DNA of 38,451 nt from a virus (Duplodnaviria > Caudoviricetes), in IMG/VR virus record IMGVR_UViG_3300010376_000076, positions 1 through 38,451 of that record; one strand, given 5' to 3'. Position 1 is the first letter of the stretch. The number at the start of each line of letters is the position of its first letter. Below are positions 8,096 to 17,210 of the stretch, in pieces. Made by a program: the position numbers and the translations under genes. The notes beneath the pieces are model-generated. The model made no database searches, was not told the origin of the DNA, and saw nothing but the letters and a program-made list of their open reading frames with translations.

Positions 8096-9931
8096 ATGAC
8101 TGATATCCTTCCTCCCCCCACTCCCCCTATTCTCCCCCCATCTAAACCTTCTCGTCGTCCGGACACTGTTCCTGTTCCGCCCCGTTCCCGTCCGAGAGAA
8201 GGGGACGCCCAGTACCTAAACTATCTCCGTACTCTTTTTATCCAGGCCCGTAAAGATAAGCAGCCTCGTATAGATTCCTGGAATCGCAACTACAAGATAA
8301 TCAATAACCGTTACCAGTCTGCTCAGTTTGCATCTTGGGCTCCTCAGCCTCGTGACAGCGAGGTCTATCCTATCTGTTCTTCTCTTGTCGCCTGGCTCAC
8401 AGATCAGGAGCCGGATGTAGGGTTTACCCCAGCAGCAGATCCTAACGGCCCGTTCTTCGACATGATTAACAAAATAACCTCGGATCTTAACCATGTCTTT
8501 GAGACCTCCTGGATGGTGGAGGAGTACGACAGACAGTATAAGATGATGCTGTGGGATGGGTTGATGTGTGGGACGGGGATTGTTAAGTCTGTCTGGGATA
8601 ACACGGCAGCCCGAGGCTCAGGTAACGCAGTAGTTCTTAGAGTAGATCCTTATGAGTTCTTCCCAGATCCTAACGGTTCTTGTATTAGTGATTGTGAGTA
8701 CTTTGTTGAGGTACACCAATGGTCGTATGACAAGATCGCCCGCATGTATCCGGACACAGCCATTCTCCTTCATACTGGATCTGGTGAAAGGCTCGATGAG
8801 AGACCTAAGCTCTACGGGTCCTCTATTCTTCCCAGAGCCAATCTCGGTTTTCTTCCCTCAGGTAACGCTTTATGGTCAGGCAAAGCGAAGCAGGGAGGTC
8901 CACCCCAGGCAACGATGATCTACACGGTTTATGAGTATTGGCTGAAAGAGAATACTTATGAAGACTTGGATGTAGATGAGAACAGTCCGGGGGAGAATGC
9001 CTACGCACAACCTAAGTGGAAGTGTGTGGTGGTCTGTGGTGGGCAGATTCTTTTTGAGGAATGGGCGGATGATCTATGGTCTCACGGTGAACACCCTTAT
9101 GATGATTGGAGATTCGATGACATTGGAGAGTTCTGGGGAATCTCTCTCGTTGACCACATATCACTTCCCCAACTATACATTAACCGTCTTCTCACAGCCC
9201 TTCAACAGAACTCTGAGTTATCCGGCAACCCTATTCTCGTCAGAGCGGCTAACGACGGTACAGCCCGGACTTCCCTTACCAACCGTCCGGGTGAAGTCTT
9301 AACAGTAAACACTTCAGCCGCTACCGCTAACGTGCCTCGTTGGTTGCAGCCTCCGACCATGCCTGCCGCCGTTATGGATTTAGTTAACTTCTGGATATCC
9401 CGAATCGAGAATACAGCGGGGATCAATGGTATGCAGAAAGGGCAAGACCCACAACAAAGAGTCTCTAACAATACAGTCAACTCAGTCCAGGAAGCAGCTT
9501 TTGTTAGAATCAGATCGGCTCTTACAAACCTTGGATGGACTTATAGAGGAAGTGCAACAAAGCTTGTCTCTCTTATCTCCCAAAACTACACCGAACAAAG
9601 AATGATGGCGATTGTAGGACCGGACGGACAGGCAACCGCTCTTCAACTCCGACCGTTCCATTTCTACGATCCTTCTAAAGATAACAGTGTCCCACTAGAG
9701 TTTATGATCCGAGCCGATGCAGGAGCCAACCAAGCGACCTCACGTCAGGCCCGAATCTCTCAAGGTAACAATCTCTTCGCTATGGGGGTGGTGGACGATA
9801 TCTATGTTCTTAATCAAAATGGTGTGCGAGATGCCCAAGAGATATCCCAGCGGACCATACAGAAGCGTATGCAGGGAATGCTACCCGGATCTCAAGGAGG
9901 AGCCAGGCAGCGAGCCGGAAGAACTAAATGA
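8096..9931 (+). CDS. Portal protein (P22-like size and pattern)
   Basis: ~610 aa. DGLMCGTGIVKSVWD, RVDPYEFFPDP, GEFWGISLVDHISLPQLYINRL, mostly helical C-terminus. Lies upstream of scaffold/capsid. ATG8096 preferred over 8045. Confidence 0.88.
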   Translation: MTDILPPPTPPILPPSKPSRRPDTVPVPPRSRPREGDAQYLNYLRTLFIQARKDKQPRIDSWNRNYKIINNRYQSAQFASWAPQPRDSEVYPICSSLVAWLTDQEPDVGFTPAADPNGPFFDMINKITSDLNHVFETSWMVEEYDRQYKMMLWDGLMCGTGIVKSVWDNTAARGSGNAVVLRVDPYEFFPDPNGSCISDCEYFVEVHQWSYDKIARMYPDTAILLHTGSGERLDERPKLYGSSILPRANLGFLPSGNALWSGKAKQGGPPQATMIYTVYEYWLKENTYEDLDVDENSPGENAYAQPKWKCVVVCGGQILFEEWADDLWSHGEHPYDDWRFDDIGEFWGISLVDHISLPQLYINRLLTALQQNSELSGNPILVRAANDGTARTSLTNRPGEVLTVNTSAATANVPRWLQPPTMPAAVMDLVNFWISRIENTAGINGMQKGQDPQQRVSNNTVNSVQEAAFVRIRSALTNLGWTYRGSATKLVSLISQNYTEQRMMAIVGPDGQATALQLRPFHFYDPSKDNSVPLEFMIRADAGANQATSRQARISQGNNLFAMGVVDDIYVLNQNGVRDAQEISQRTIQKRMQGMLPGSQGGARQRAGRTK

Positions 9932-9978
9932 AGAAGTTTCACTAGACTATTTACCCGCCATCACATACCCTTCTCGCA

Positions 9979-10149
9979 ATGGAACGTAACTCCCCATACT
10001 CATCCCAGGAATGTCCATACCCTGATGGGTTCGAGGGTTACGGTGAAACACATTGGATGGCCCAGAATGAAGGCCAGAAAGTCGAATCATTAGCTCTTCA
10101 TCTACCTAATCGTAATGTGGTAGATTGTACGGAGGATTATACCGAGTGA
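9979..10149 (+). CDS. Possible 56-aa acidic hypothetical protein (MERNSPY...TEDYTE)
   Basis: Read directly. It fills the gap after the portal but has no clear RBS. Confidence 0.35.
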   Translation: MERNSPYSSQECPYPDGFEGYGETHWMAQNEGQKVESLALHLPNRNVVDCTEDYTE

Positions 10150-10164
10150 AAGGGGGTGGCTATT

Positions 10165-10203
10165 GTGGCTCGTCGGCACGGTCGTAAGCACAAGCGGAAG
10201 TAG
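10165..10203 (+). CDS. 12-aa basic micropeptide MARRHGRKHKRK
   Basis: AAGGGGGTG Shine-Dalgarno at ~10150-10158, GTG10165, TAG10201-10203. 9 of 12 residues are R/K/H. Confidence 0.55.
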   Translation: MARRHGRKHKRK

Positions 10204-10216
10204 CAATACCCATCCC

Positions 10217-10252
10217 GAAGCCCCCTAGATATCCTGTTATCTAGGGGGCTTC
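10217..10252 (+). terminator. 15-bp perfect stem-loop (terminator, attenuator or RNA-processing site)
   Basis: GAAGCCCCCTAGATA-tcctgt-TATCTAGGGGGCTTC, with only a weak U tract. Confidence 0.6.
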
Positions 10253-10270
10253 TCCAATGTAAGGAGAAAT

Positions 10271-10369
10271 ATGCCAGCAAGTAAAAATATAGCCCGCATT
10301 GCCGGTATGGCTAGTGGTAAAGGTGCGGGCCGACCGTCGAGAAAGAAGAAGAGGGGTGGTAGGTACTGA
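10271..10369 (+). CDS. 32-aa basic peptide MPASKNIARIAGMASGKGAGRPSRKKKRGGRY
   Basis: AAGGAG RBS at 10261-10266. TGATG overlap with the next ORF. Confidence 0.7.
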   Translation: MPASKNIARIAGMASGKGAGRPSRKKKRGGRY

Positions 10370-10494
10370 TGGCTGAGATTGCTGCCCGAGTATCTACATC
10401 CTCTACTAAAGGTAAGAGGGGTGGCAAGCATCAACGAGCCCGTATCGCAGCCTCCACTTCACGAGCCTCCCAACGAGGAAAGCATAGGAGATAA
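10369..10494 (+). CDS. 41-aa basic peptide MAEIAARVSTSSTKGKRGGKHQRARIAASTSRASQRGKHRR
   Basis: TGATG start overlap and TAATG stop overlap. Arg/Lys/Ser-rich. Confidence 0.7.
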   Translation: MAEIAARVSTSSTKGKRGGKHQRARIAASTSRASQRGKHRR

Positions 10495-10649
10495 TGGCTT
10501 CCACTCAGAATAATCCCAACTCCCCCACTACCTCTATTGATGACTCTAAGTTTATGCGGCAGGGTCACACTGAGGGTCCTTACGGCAACGACCCGAACAA
10601 GGATGCAAGGGGAGAGTTTGGCCGTAAAGTTAAGGATCTTCGTCCTTAA
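10494..10649 (+). CDS. 51-aa hypothetical peptide (MASTQNNPNS...GRKVKDLRP)
   Basis: AGGAG RBS, TAATG overlaps at both ends. Confidence 0.7.
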   Translation: MASTQNNPNSPTTSIDDSKFMRQGHTEGPYGNDPNKDARGEFGRKVKDLRP

Positions 10650-11035
10650 TGGCTGGTAAGGCTGGTGCAGGTAAAGAGCCGGGTAAGGTACTCGACGGCC
10701 TGAGACAAATGTATCAGGACGCTGCTAACTTAGCTCTTGCTTCAGATGCTGGACAGTTCATGCCTATCATCCAGGGCCTACAGCAAGCCTTACTTAAGAT
10801 AACGCAGCAGGTAACGCAAGCTCAGGTTAAACAAGCTAACGCTATTGGTATGGGAGGGCCACCTGGTATGGGTGGTCCTCCTGGTGGTGGTCCTCCTATT
10901 AACCCGCAGATGGGTGGTCCTTCTATGGCTGGCCCTCCGCAGGGTCCACCACCAGCGCAGGGTTCTCCCGGTCTCGCTATGCCTAACCCTGACGAACTTC
11001 AACGCACTCTTTCTGAGCAGGGAGCCGGAGGATGA
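10649..11035 (+). CDS. Hypothetical protein, helical N-terminus and Pro/Gly/Met/Gln-rich tail
   Basis: 128-aa ORF coupled to the scaffold gene, with low-complexity GGPPG repeats. Confidence 0.7.
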   Translation: MAGKAGAGKEPGKVLDGLRQMYQDAANLALASDAGQFMPIIQGLQQALLKITQQVTQAQVKQANAIGMGGPPGMGGPPGGGPPINPQMGGPSMAGPPQGPPPAQGSPGLAMPNPDELQRTLSEQGAGG

Positions 11036-11919
11036 TGACTGACACTACAGGGGCTTTTGACGAGATTCCTGACGAGATAGTTAAGAGTGTTCTTGGACAG
11101 GCAGGGTTTGATGATACTGCTGCCGAGATAACTACTCCAGAGCCTGAAGAAGTCCACCAGGAGACAGAAGAGGAACCGCCCCACACACCCCCTTCTGCTC
11201 CTGGTGGACCCCTCTTCCATGATGAAGATGAAGGGGAAGAGCAAGAGGAAGAGGGGATTATAACATTCTCTGATGGATCTAAGTATCCATTAGCGATGGT
11301 AGAGGAGTGGAAGAATCGTGCCAATACCCCAATCCCTGAGCCCATTACTTCCGCTCCCCCGCAGCAGCAACAGCCTTACTTTCAACTTCCCGCTGTCACA
11401 CCCGAAGATCTGGAGATGGCGGGACCAGCGGTACAGGCCCTCCTGTATATAGCCAACGCTCAACAACAGCAGCTTAAGCAACTTCGTGATGATATTACTT
11501 CGGCTAAGACTATTCAGGAGCAGAATGCTGAGACCGAATCAGCTAAAGTTCTCAATGCAGCACGGTCCAACTTCCAGGCTAAGTATAACTTGCCTGATGA
11601 TTTAATGGCTAAGATCGAGGCGAAGGCAGAGTCGGATGATGTGACTCGCCATCTACGCCAGAGTAAAGACCCCTATGCAGCAGTTGACTATGCGCTAGAG
11701 CGGTCATATTGGAATCTACCCGAAGCCCGGCAGTATGAGTTTGCGAGACAGCATGATAACCGTGTTGCTACTCAGGCTCGTAAGCAAAAGCTAGCTGGGG
11801 TGTCTGGTGGAGCGGGGCCGTCCTCCCGTGGTGTTCCTCCTCACGATGAAACCACTCAAGAGGGAAGACATGCAGCAGCAGTAGATTTTGTCCGTCAAGC
11901 TATGTATGGAGATGAATAA
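11032..11919 (+). CDS. Capsid scaffolding protein
   Basis: Acidic disordered N-terminus, coiled-coil middle, directly upstream of and TAATG-coupled to the major capsid gene. Confidence 0.75.
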   Translation: MMTDTTGAFDEIPDEIVKSVLGQAGFDDTAAEITTPEPEEVHQETEEEPPHTPPSAPGGPLFHDEDEGEEQEEEGIITFSDGSKYPLAMVEEWKNRANTPIPEPITSAPPQQQQPYFQLPAVTPEDLEMAGPAVQALLYIANAQQQQLKQLRDDITSAKTIQEQNAETESAKVLNAARSNFQAKYNLPDDLMAKIEAKAESDDVTRHLRQSKDPYAAVDYALERSYWNLPEARQYEFARQHDNRVATQARKQKLAGVSGGAGPSSRGVPPHDETTQEGRHAAAVDFVRQAMYGDE

Positions 11920-12899
11920 TGGCGACGCCCATTGGTGTCAACACAGTTAACTCAATCAGTCGTCGGTTCATCATCAAACAAGTGACCGACAACGTTTACA
12001 ACTCTAACATTCTTACCTTCCGCCTTATAATGCGGAATAAGAAGGTGTTTGAGGGAGGATTCCAAATCGAGGTTCCTATCGCTTGGTCGCACTTTGCGGC
12101 AGGGGGCTTCTACTCTGGATTCGACCTTCTGGACGTTACGCCTTCTGACACGATCAAGAACGCAGCCTTTGACTTTAAGCAGGCCGAGGTTGCTGTGTCA
12201 GTCGATGGTGCTACGTTGATCCGTGTTAACTCTCCTGAGGCAGTAGTTAACTTCCTCGGCCAGTACTTTGCTCAGGCCGAGTCGGAGCTAGTTGACATCC
12301 TCGGTATTGGCGTTTTCTCTAACGTTGTCTCTAACCCTAAATCCATTGACGGTATTCAGGGAGCGGTTGACAACGGGACTGTAGCGGCAACCTACGGAGG
12401 TCTCTCTCGGGCAGCTAACCCGTTCTGGTCCAGCCAAATCGCCTCAGCGGTAGCGCCGCTAACCTTCCCTCAGCTTCAGCAGATCTTTGGTAACTGCACT
12501 ATGGGTGGTCGCCGTCCAACGATTCTGGTTGGGACTCAGGCTATCTACAATATCATCTGGGCTCTGTCCACTGGTGTTAACTCTACTGCCGGTGTTCCTG
12601 GTCAGGCCTTCCCGGTCCAGGCTGGTGGCGAGGATGTGCAGTTAGCTCAGGCTGGTTTCTCTAACATCGTTTTTAACGGTGTGCCCCTGGTAGTGGATTC
12701 CCACTGTCCGCCAGGCCAACTCTTCTTCCTTAATGAAGAGTATATGTATCTCTACGTCAACCCCAATCGAGACTTCTTCCTCAGAGACTTCGATGCCCCA
12801 GTTAACCAGGATGCCTACACTTCCCTCATTCTCTGGGCTGGTAACCTGGTTTTCTCTAACGTAATGCGTCAAGGCAAACTAACAGGAATCGTGGCATAA
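11919..12899 (+). CDS. Major capsid protein (HK97 fold)
   Basis: 326 aa. DNVYNSN, GGFQIEVPI, YSGFDLLDVTPSD, TYGGLSRA..PFW, GFSNIVFNGVPLVVDSHCP, FFLNEEY, GNLVFSN..RQGKL follow a common phage MCP pattern. Confidence 0.9.
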   Translation: MATPIGVNTVNSISRRFIIKQVTDNVYNSNILTFRLIMRNKKVFEGGFQIEVPIAWSHFAAGGFYSGFDLLDVTPSDTIKNAAFDFKQAEVAVSVDGATLIRVNSPEAVVNFLGQYFAQAESELVDILGIGVFSNVVSNPKSIDGIQGAVDNGTVAATYGGLSRAANPFWSSQIASAVAPLTFPQLQQIFGNCTMGGRRPTILVGTQAIYNIIWALSTGVNSTAGVPGQAFPVQAGGEDVQLAQAGFSNIVFNGVPLVVDSHCPPGQLFFLNEEYMYLYVNPNRDFFLRDFDAPVNQDAYTSLILWAGNLVFSNVMRQGKLTGIVA

Positions 12900-13871
12900 A
12901 TGGCACAGGGCATAAAGCAAATAGCCAACACTAACCAGTCGTTCGCTCTAGGGGCTACATGGGGTACACCTTCTGTAGAGAACACCCAGACGACTACTTT
13001 TGTGGAGCTAATCAACGGTACGGGTACGACTCTCTACACGGGTGACATTGTAGCTCTTGACGCTACCGGAACTCAGGCAGTTCAGCTAACCACTGCTACT
13101 CTAAATAACGTTATTGGCACGGTCGGTAACGCCAACGAGTTCGGAGCATATCCGGCAGTTGAGGTTATCGCTGGTGCTAACGTCAGCAACACCTTCCCCA
13201 CTATCGTAGGCTCTACGGGTGGTACAGGTATCTCGGCTCTGACTGTCGAAGGTAACGTCACTCCTTTCGCAGATTACCCGTGGATCTCTGTGGCTGTAGG
13301 CTTTACTAACGGTTCGGGTGCCCTCACCTCTTCCCTGGTCTCAGCCTCCAACCCGTTCATCCTCGGTGAGTATGTCATCACCCCCTACAACGCTTCTACT
13401 AACGCTAACCCGCAGATCTTCCAGGTCACTGTTGCCGGTGGTTCTTCGGGTGCGTGGACCGCTACGGGTGTTGTGGTGGCTGGTGCTGGTACAACCTTCA
13501 CCGGTACTACAGGCACTTTTACCTGTATTCTGGGTAGGGACCAGATAACTAAAGGTCCGGGCTGGCAGGCACCGGCAGGCTGGACTAACACTTCAGCGTT
13601 TGCTCCTGGTCTGGTGGTCCCGGTGGTCACTCAAGGGTTCGGTCGAGTTAACATCAACGGTCTGTCTACCGGTGTTGCTGGCTCGTTCGCTATTGGCACT
13701 AACGCTTCGTTCGTAGCCACCCTTGTTCTTACCGGGGCTTTGACCGCCGCACAGACAGGCTTTGTCATCGCTACCTGGCTGGAGCCTTACGCTCAGCGTG
13801 ACACGACCCTCAACACCACTTTCGGTATTGCTGGTCACGATTCTGTCCGCTGTATCGTAGCGAAGATGTAA
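12900..13871 (+). CDS. Putative capsid decoration/cement protein with inserted beta domain
   Basis: Follows the MCP. N-terminal NGTGTTLYTGDIVALD and C-terminal VPVVTQG elements resemble beta-tulip cement proteins. Gly/Thr/Ala-rich. Confidence 0.6.
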   Translation: MAQGIKQIANTNQSFALGATWGTPSVENTQTTTFVELINGTGTTLYTGDIVALDATGTQAVQLTTATLNNVIGTVGNANEFGAYPAVEVIAGANVSNTFPTIVGSTGGTGISALTVEGNVTPFADYPWISVAVGFTNGSGALTSSLVSASNPFILGEYVITPYNASTNANPQIFQVTVAGGSSGAWTATGVVVAGAGTTFTGTTGTFTCILGRDQITKGPGWQAPAGWTNTSAFAPGLVVPVVTQGFGRVNINGLSTGVAGSFAIGTNASFVATLVLTGALTAAQTGFVIATWLEPYAQRDTTLNTTFGIAGHDSVRCIVAKM

Positions 13872-14080
13872 TGCTTCCCCCCACTGCTATTAAGATCCTG
13901 ACCCTTATCTCTGGGGTTCTAGCATTGGTGCTACCGAACCTCAATGTCCTGGGTCTGCCTGATGACGTTAGGGCCGTTATCTCGTCAGTGGGGGGACTTC
14001 TTATTTTAGTTCTAGCTTTCCTAGAACATCCGACGATTCAGAATATAGCAGCATCTAAGAACAATACACCTGGAGGATAG
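13871..14080 (+). CDS. Small two-TM membrane protein, putative holin
   Basis: Two hydrophobic segments (ILTLISGVLALVL and VISSVGGLLILVLAFL) with a short loop and polar tail. Confidence 0.55.
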   Translation: MLPPTAIKILTLISGVLALVLPNLNVLGLPDDVRAVISSVGGLLILVLAFLEHPTIQNIAASKNNTPGG

Positions 14081-14887
14081 GTGTCCGAAACTGCAAATCC
14101 GATAACGCTTGGAGACCAGGTAAGACTGACCTTCTTAGGTTGGCCTGACCTTCCGGAAGGATCACAAGCTAAGCATTCTCCTCTTCACAGATCAGGAGAT
14201 GAGCTTAAACTTTCCTGGAATAACCGCTCAGTCTCGATTCGTCCTGGCACCAGCGTCTACACCACCTTTGAGCTAGCTAAGAACTTCTTTGGTGACCCAC
14301 GCTCTATTGATGGTGTTATCAGGATGAAGGACGATTACGGGAATGATATGATTGTCCCGGACCGTGCAGCCGAGGTGATCCGTCTTCGGAACTACTGGCA
14401 GTCATCTGACTTTGCTACACCTCAAGCTCAGTTTAGAGAGTATCTTCCTGGTGATAAGTCCTGGGTGAAGGAGAGCGGCATCTCTGATATGATGCCAGAG
14501 GTCCAGGTCCATCATCTTAACGGTGAGAGAATGTGGATGGTTAGTGATGATCCGTTTGGGGATCATGTGATGGTTACGGCTCCGACTCGTCACGAATCAG
14601 AAACGATGCGTAACCAGCTTATAGAGCAGTCTGATGTTATTCTTGAGCTTAAGAAACAGAATGCTCTACTGATGGAAAAGCTGGGGATTGACCCAGCTAG
14701 CCTACGGGATCCTGAGGAGCGTAAGAGCCAAGACTCCGCCCTTACGACTCCGACGGATCCTGTGGTTGAGGAGAAGCCGAAGATGGTTTACAACCCACGA
14801 TCTAAGCGGGTGACAACCCGTCCTCAGCGTCCTCTCCCCACCCACGACCCTACCGACATCTCCGATCTCCCTGAAGAGACCGACTGA
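14081..14887 (+). CDS. Hypothetical protein
   Basis: 268-aa ORF with GGAGG RBS, short coiled coil and disordered C-terminus. Confidence 0.7.
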   Translation: MSETANPITLGDQVRLTFLGWPDLPEGSQAKHSPLHRSGDELKLSWNNRSVSIRPGTSVYTTFELAKNFFGDPRSIDGVIRMKDDYGNDMIVPDRAAEVIRLRNYWQSSDFATPQAQFREYLPGDKSWVKESGISDMMPEVQVHHLNGERMWMVSDDPFGDHVMVTAPTRHESETMRNQLIEQSDVILELKKQNALLMEKLGIDPASLRDPEERKSQDSALTTPTDPVVEEKPKMVYNPRSKRVTTRPQRPLPTHDPTDISDLPEETD

Positions 14888-14888
14888 T

Positions 14889-15134
14889 GTGTCGTCCGAG
14901 CCACAGCATTTTGATTGGACTCCTCTCATTGAGCTAGACACATATGCTCTTCTGAGAGAGTTAGCTGTAGTGCATAGCGAGTTAGCCAACCTGATTCTTC
15001 AGGTTGGCTTCTTACGTCAAGAGGAACTTCGGGGGCAGCAACATGCTAAGGAACAAAGATTAGCGGTTGAAGCGGAAAGGGACGCAATGGTAGAGAAGAA
15101 GTGGTTACTTAAACTTCTGGTGGAACATGCCTAA
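14889..15134 (+). CDS. Hypothetical coiled-coil protein
   Basis: 81 aa, heptad-like Leu pattern, overlaps the next gene. Confidence 0.6.
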   Translation: MSSEPQHFDWTPLIELDTYALLRELAVVHSELANLILQVGFLRQEELRGQQHAKEQRLAVEAERDAMVEKKWLLKLLVEHA

Positions 15135-16770
15135 CAATCTCATAGGGGCTCCTAACCTTCAGTCCATCACTATCAGAGACTTTACTCCTGGTATCTTTAA
15201 CGGGAACCAGGGGAACATACAGTTCTCGACTCAGGCTCCTTTAGGCTCAGCTTCTAGTGCTTACCGTTGTTACGCTACCCCTGGCTTCGGGCTCTGTCCT
15301 TTCCCCACCTACTCCTCCTACACTTCCCGACTGTATAGCACAGGTGGACAGCCGGGGGCTATTACGATAGCCGCCATCAAAGTCTTCCCCAACGGTGCTT
15401 CTACCCCTCCCGCCGATAGCGTCTATGTAGCTTACAACGCCTGGACTTTCGGGACCAGCAACTCTTTCTTTGTGGACAACCAGATCGGCTCTCCTCCTGG
15501 TGGGCTGTTCACTAATGTCTACACTAACATAGTGTCTGGTGGGTTCACCGGGTTCGCCTCTCCTCTTTGGCCCAACTATTCTAAAGCTTTCTGGGTAGCT
15601 GCTGGTCCACAGTACGTCACTGGTCTGTTCGGACAGGAGCCTACTCTCACAGCCCCGGTCTCTATCCTCTGTATGCCGGATCCTCAGGCTCTTGTCCCCA
15701 ACTTTCGCCTTATAGGTATCCTCGCTCAGAACGTCTTTAAGACAGCCTTCGTCACGGAGAGAATGGCACTGATCGGGCCACTGTCTACTGGGTTCGCCGG
15801 GGCTGGCACTCTTGATCTAATCTACACTACCGACATCCAGGCCACCTCTAACTTAACAGGCCCGGAGTTCTTTAACCCTGAGCAGTCAGGGTTTATAGGT
15901 ACCTGGGGTACGGTATCTACGGGTGAGTTTATTATCATCTATCAGGGTGGCGGGGGAACCATTGTGTATGGTGATATCCAGTTCCCATCATCCGCAGTGT
16001 TTATGCCAGCGATAACGGGAACAGGATCGGGTATAGGGCCAGGTATACCTACTCCCATAGGTTTAGTATACTGCACGGATTATGATGGGGTGTGGGTGTG
16101 GAATGGTGGGAACACTAGCCAGAAGATATCCAATCAGCTAGTAGATAACAACTTCATCCGCCCCATTCCCCCTAACGTTAGTGTAATCGGGTGTTCTACG
16201 CATAATGATGTGTGGGATAACTGGGTATTCTTCGCTAATAACTGGGTGTTCGACTGCCTAACTAACTCATGGTGGCAGTGTGAGAATCCAGCTACAGCCC
16301 TCTTCGACTGTCATGCGGGTGGGGCTCTGTTAACTCAGAACTTCTATTCTGGCTCTACGACGGCGATAGGGCCTGGGATAACCTCTTGTTCAGTTGTTCA
16401 GTGGAATAAGGCACAGCCAGCCAACTCTTACCGTTGGGTGAGTAATCCTATCTCTCAGCCGGGAGCTTTAGTGTCTATGCAGGCTGTGGAGATTGTGGCG
16501 AGCAATCCAGCCTCCACTCCCGCCGAGGTGATAATAACCCCCACGGCCCCTCCTGGTACCCCTCCATACCCTAACCAGAACACTAACCAGGCTCTCACTT
16601 TCACCCTTCCCCCTAATGTAGCCTCATATCGGGCTATGCAGACTTGTGGGTTTAGTAACTATAACATCTGTCTCCAGATTGACGCCTCTAACCCTAACAC
16701 AACCAACTCAGCCCCGATTATCCATGAGATAACAGTCGGGTTCAACCCTACTACGTCAGCGACACCCTAA
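15127..16770 (+). CDS. Tail nozzle/tubular protein B-like (P22 gp10/T7 gp12 analogue)
   Basis: 547 aa, beta-rich. IRDFTPGI near the N-terminus and GLVYCTDYDGVWVWNGG..SQKIS propeller-blade pattern typical of podoviral nozzles. Confidence 0.65.
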   Translation: MPNNLIGAPNLQSITIRDFTPGIFNGNQGNIQFSTQAPLGSASSAYRCYATPGFGLCPFPTYSSYTSRLYSTGGQPGAITIAAIKVFPNGASTPPADSVYVAYNAWTFGTSNSFFVDNQIGSPPGGLFTNVYTNIVSGGFTGFASPLWPNYSKAFWVAAGPQYVTGLFGQEPTLTAPVSILCMPDPQALVPNFRLIGILAQNVFKTAFVTERMALIGPLSTGFAGAGTLDLIYTTDIQATSNLTGPEFFNPEQSGFIGTWGTVSTGEFIIIYQGGGGTIVYGDIQFPSSAVFMPAITGTGSGIGPGIPTPIGLVYCTDYDGVWVWNGGNTSQKISNQLVDNNFIRPIPPNVSVIGCSTHNDVWDNWVFFANNWVFDCLTNSWWQCENPATALFDCHAGGALLTQNFYSGSTTAIGPGITSCSVVQWNKAQPANSYRWVSNPISQPGALVSMQAVEIVASNPASTPAEVIITPTAPPGTPPYPNQNTNQALTFTLPPNVASYRAMQTCGFSNYNICLQIDASNPNTTNSAPIIHEITVGFNPTTSATP

Positions 16771-17210
16771 TGGCTCTGGTGATAACAACTAAGGGACAGA
16801 AGGATGATACCCCTACCTCTTATCGTCAGATAGAGCTATGGGCCAACGCATACAAACCTCTCACTCCTTCTTTCAATGCAGGCTATTCTTCTTTAACCGG
16901 AGCCCCTTTCACCTTCGTAGTTGACCCTTTCGGCTGGGTTAACTTTCAGGGTGACATCTCCTACTCTGGTGGTGCTATAACAGCCGGTACGTTCTCCACC
17001 ATGTTCGCCCTTCCTCGCACCATTCAGTATCTCCCTAAGGCCGGAGATAAGATAATGCCCTGCACGTTCGCCTACAGTTTGGGCCTTACAGCAGCCTCAG
17101 CCCTGAAAGTTACCATTGCTTTCGGGCTACCTGTCGTGCAAGTATATGTACCAGTGACCAACACTGCATTCCAGATCTGGTGTTCAGGATTGAGGTACCA
17201 TTGCCCGTAA
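16770..17210 (+). CDS. Putative small tail/receptor-binding protein
   Basis: 146 aa. GWVNFQGDI...MFALP pattern resembles fibre-tip beta domains. Lies between nozzle and adaptor. Confidence 0.45.
   Translation: MALVITTKGQKDDTPTSYRQIELWANAYKPLTPSFNAGYSSLTGAPFTFVVDPFGWVNFQGDISYSGGAITAGTFSTMFALPRTIQYLPKAGDKIMPCTFAYSLGLTAASALKVTIAFGLPVVQVYVPVTNTAFQIWCSGLRYHCP

Noticed and set aside
12890-12905. Programmed frameshift or readthrough extending the major capsid protein
   Set aside because: The MCP stop TAA is followed directly by an in-frame ATG, but no slippery heptamer is present and an AGGA RBS serves the next gene. No positive evidence.
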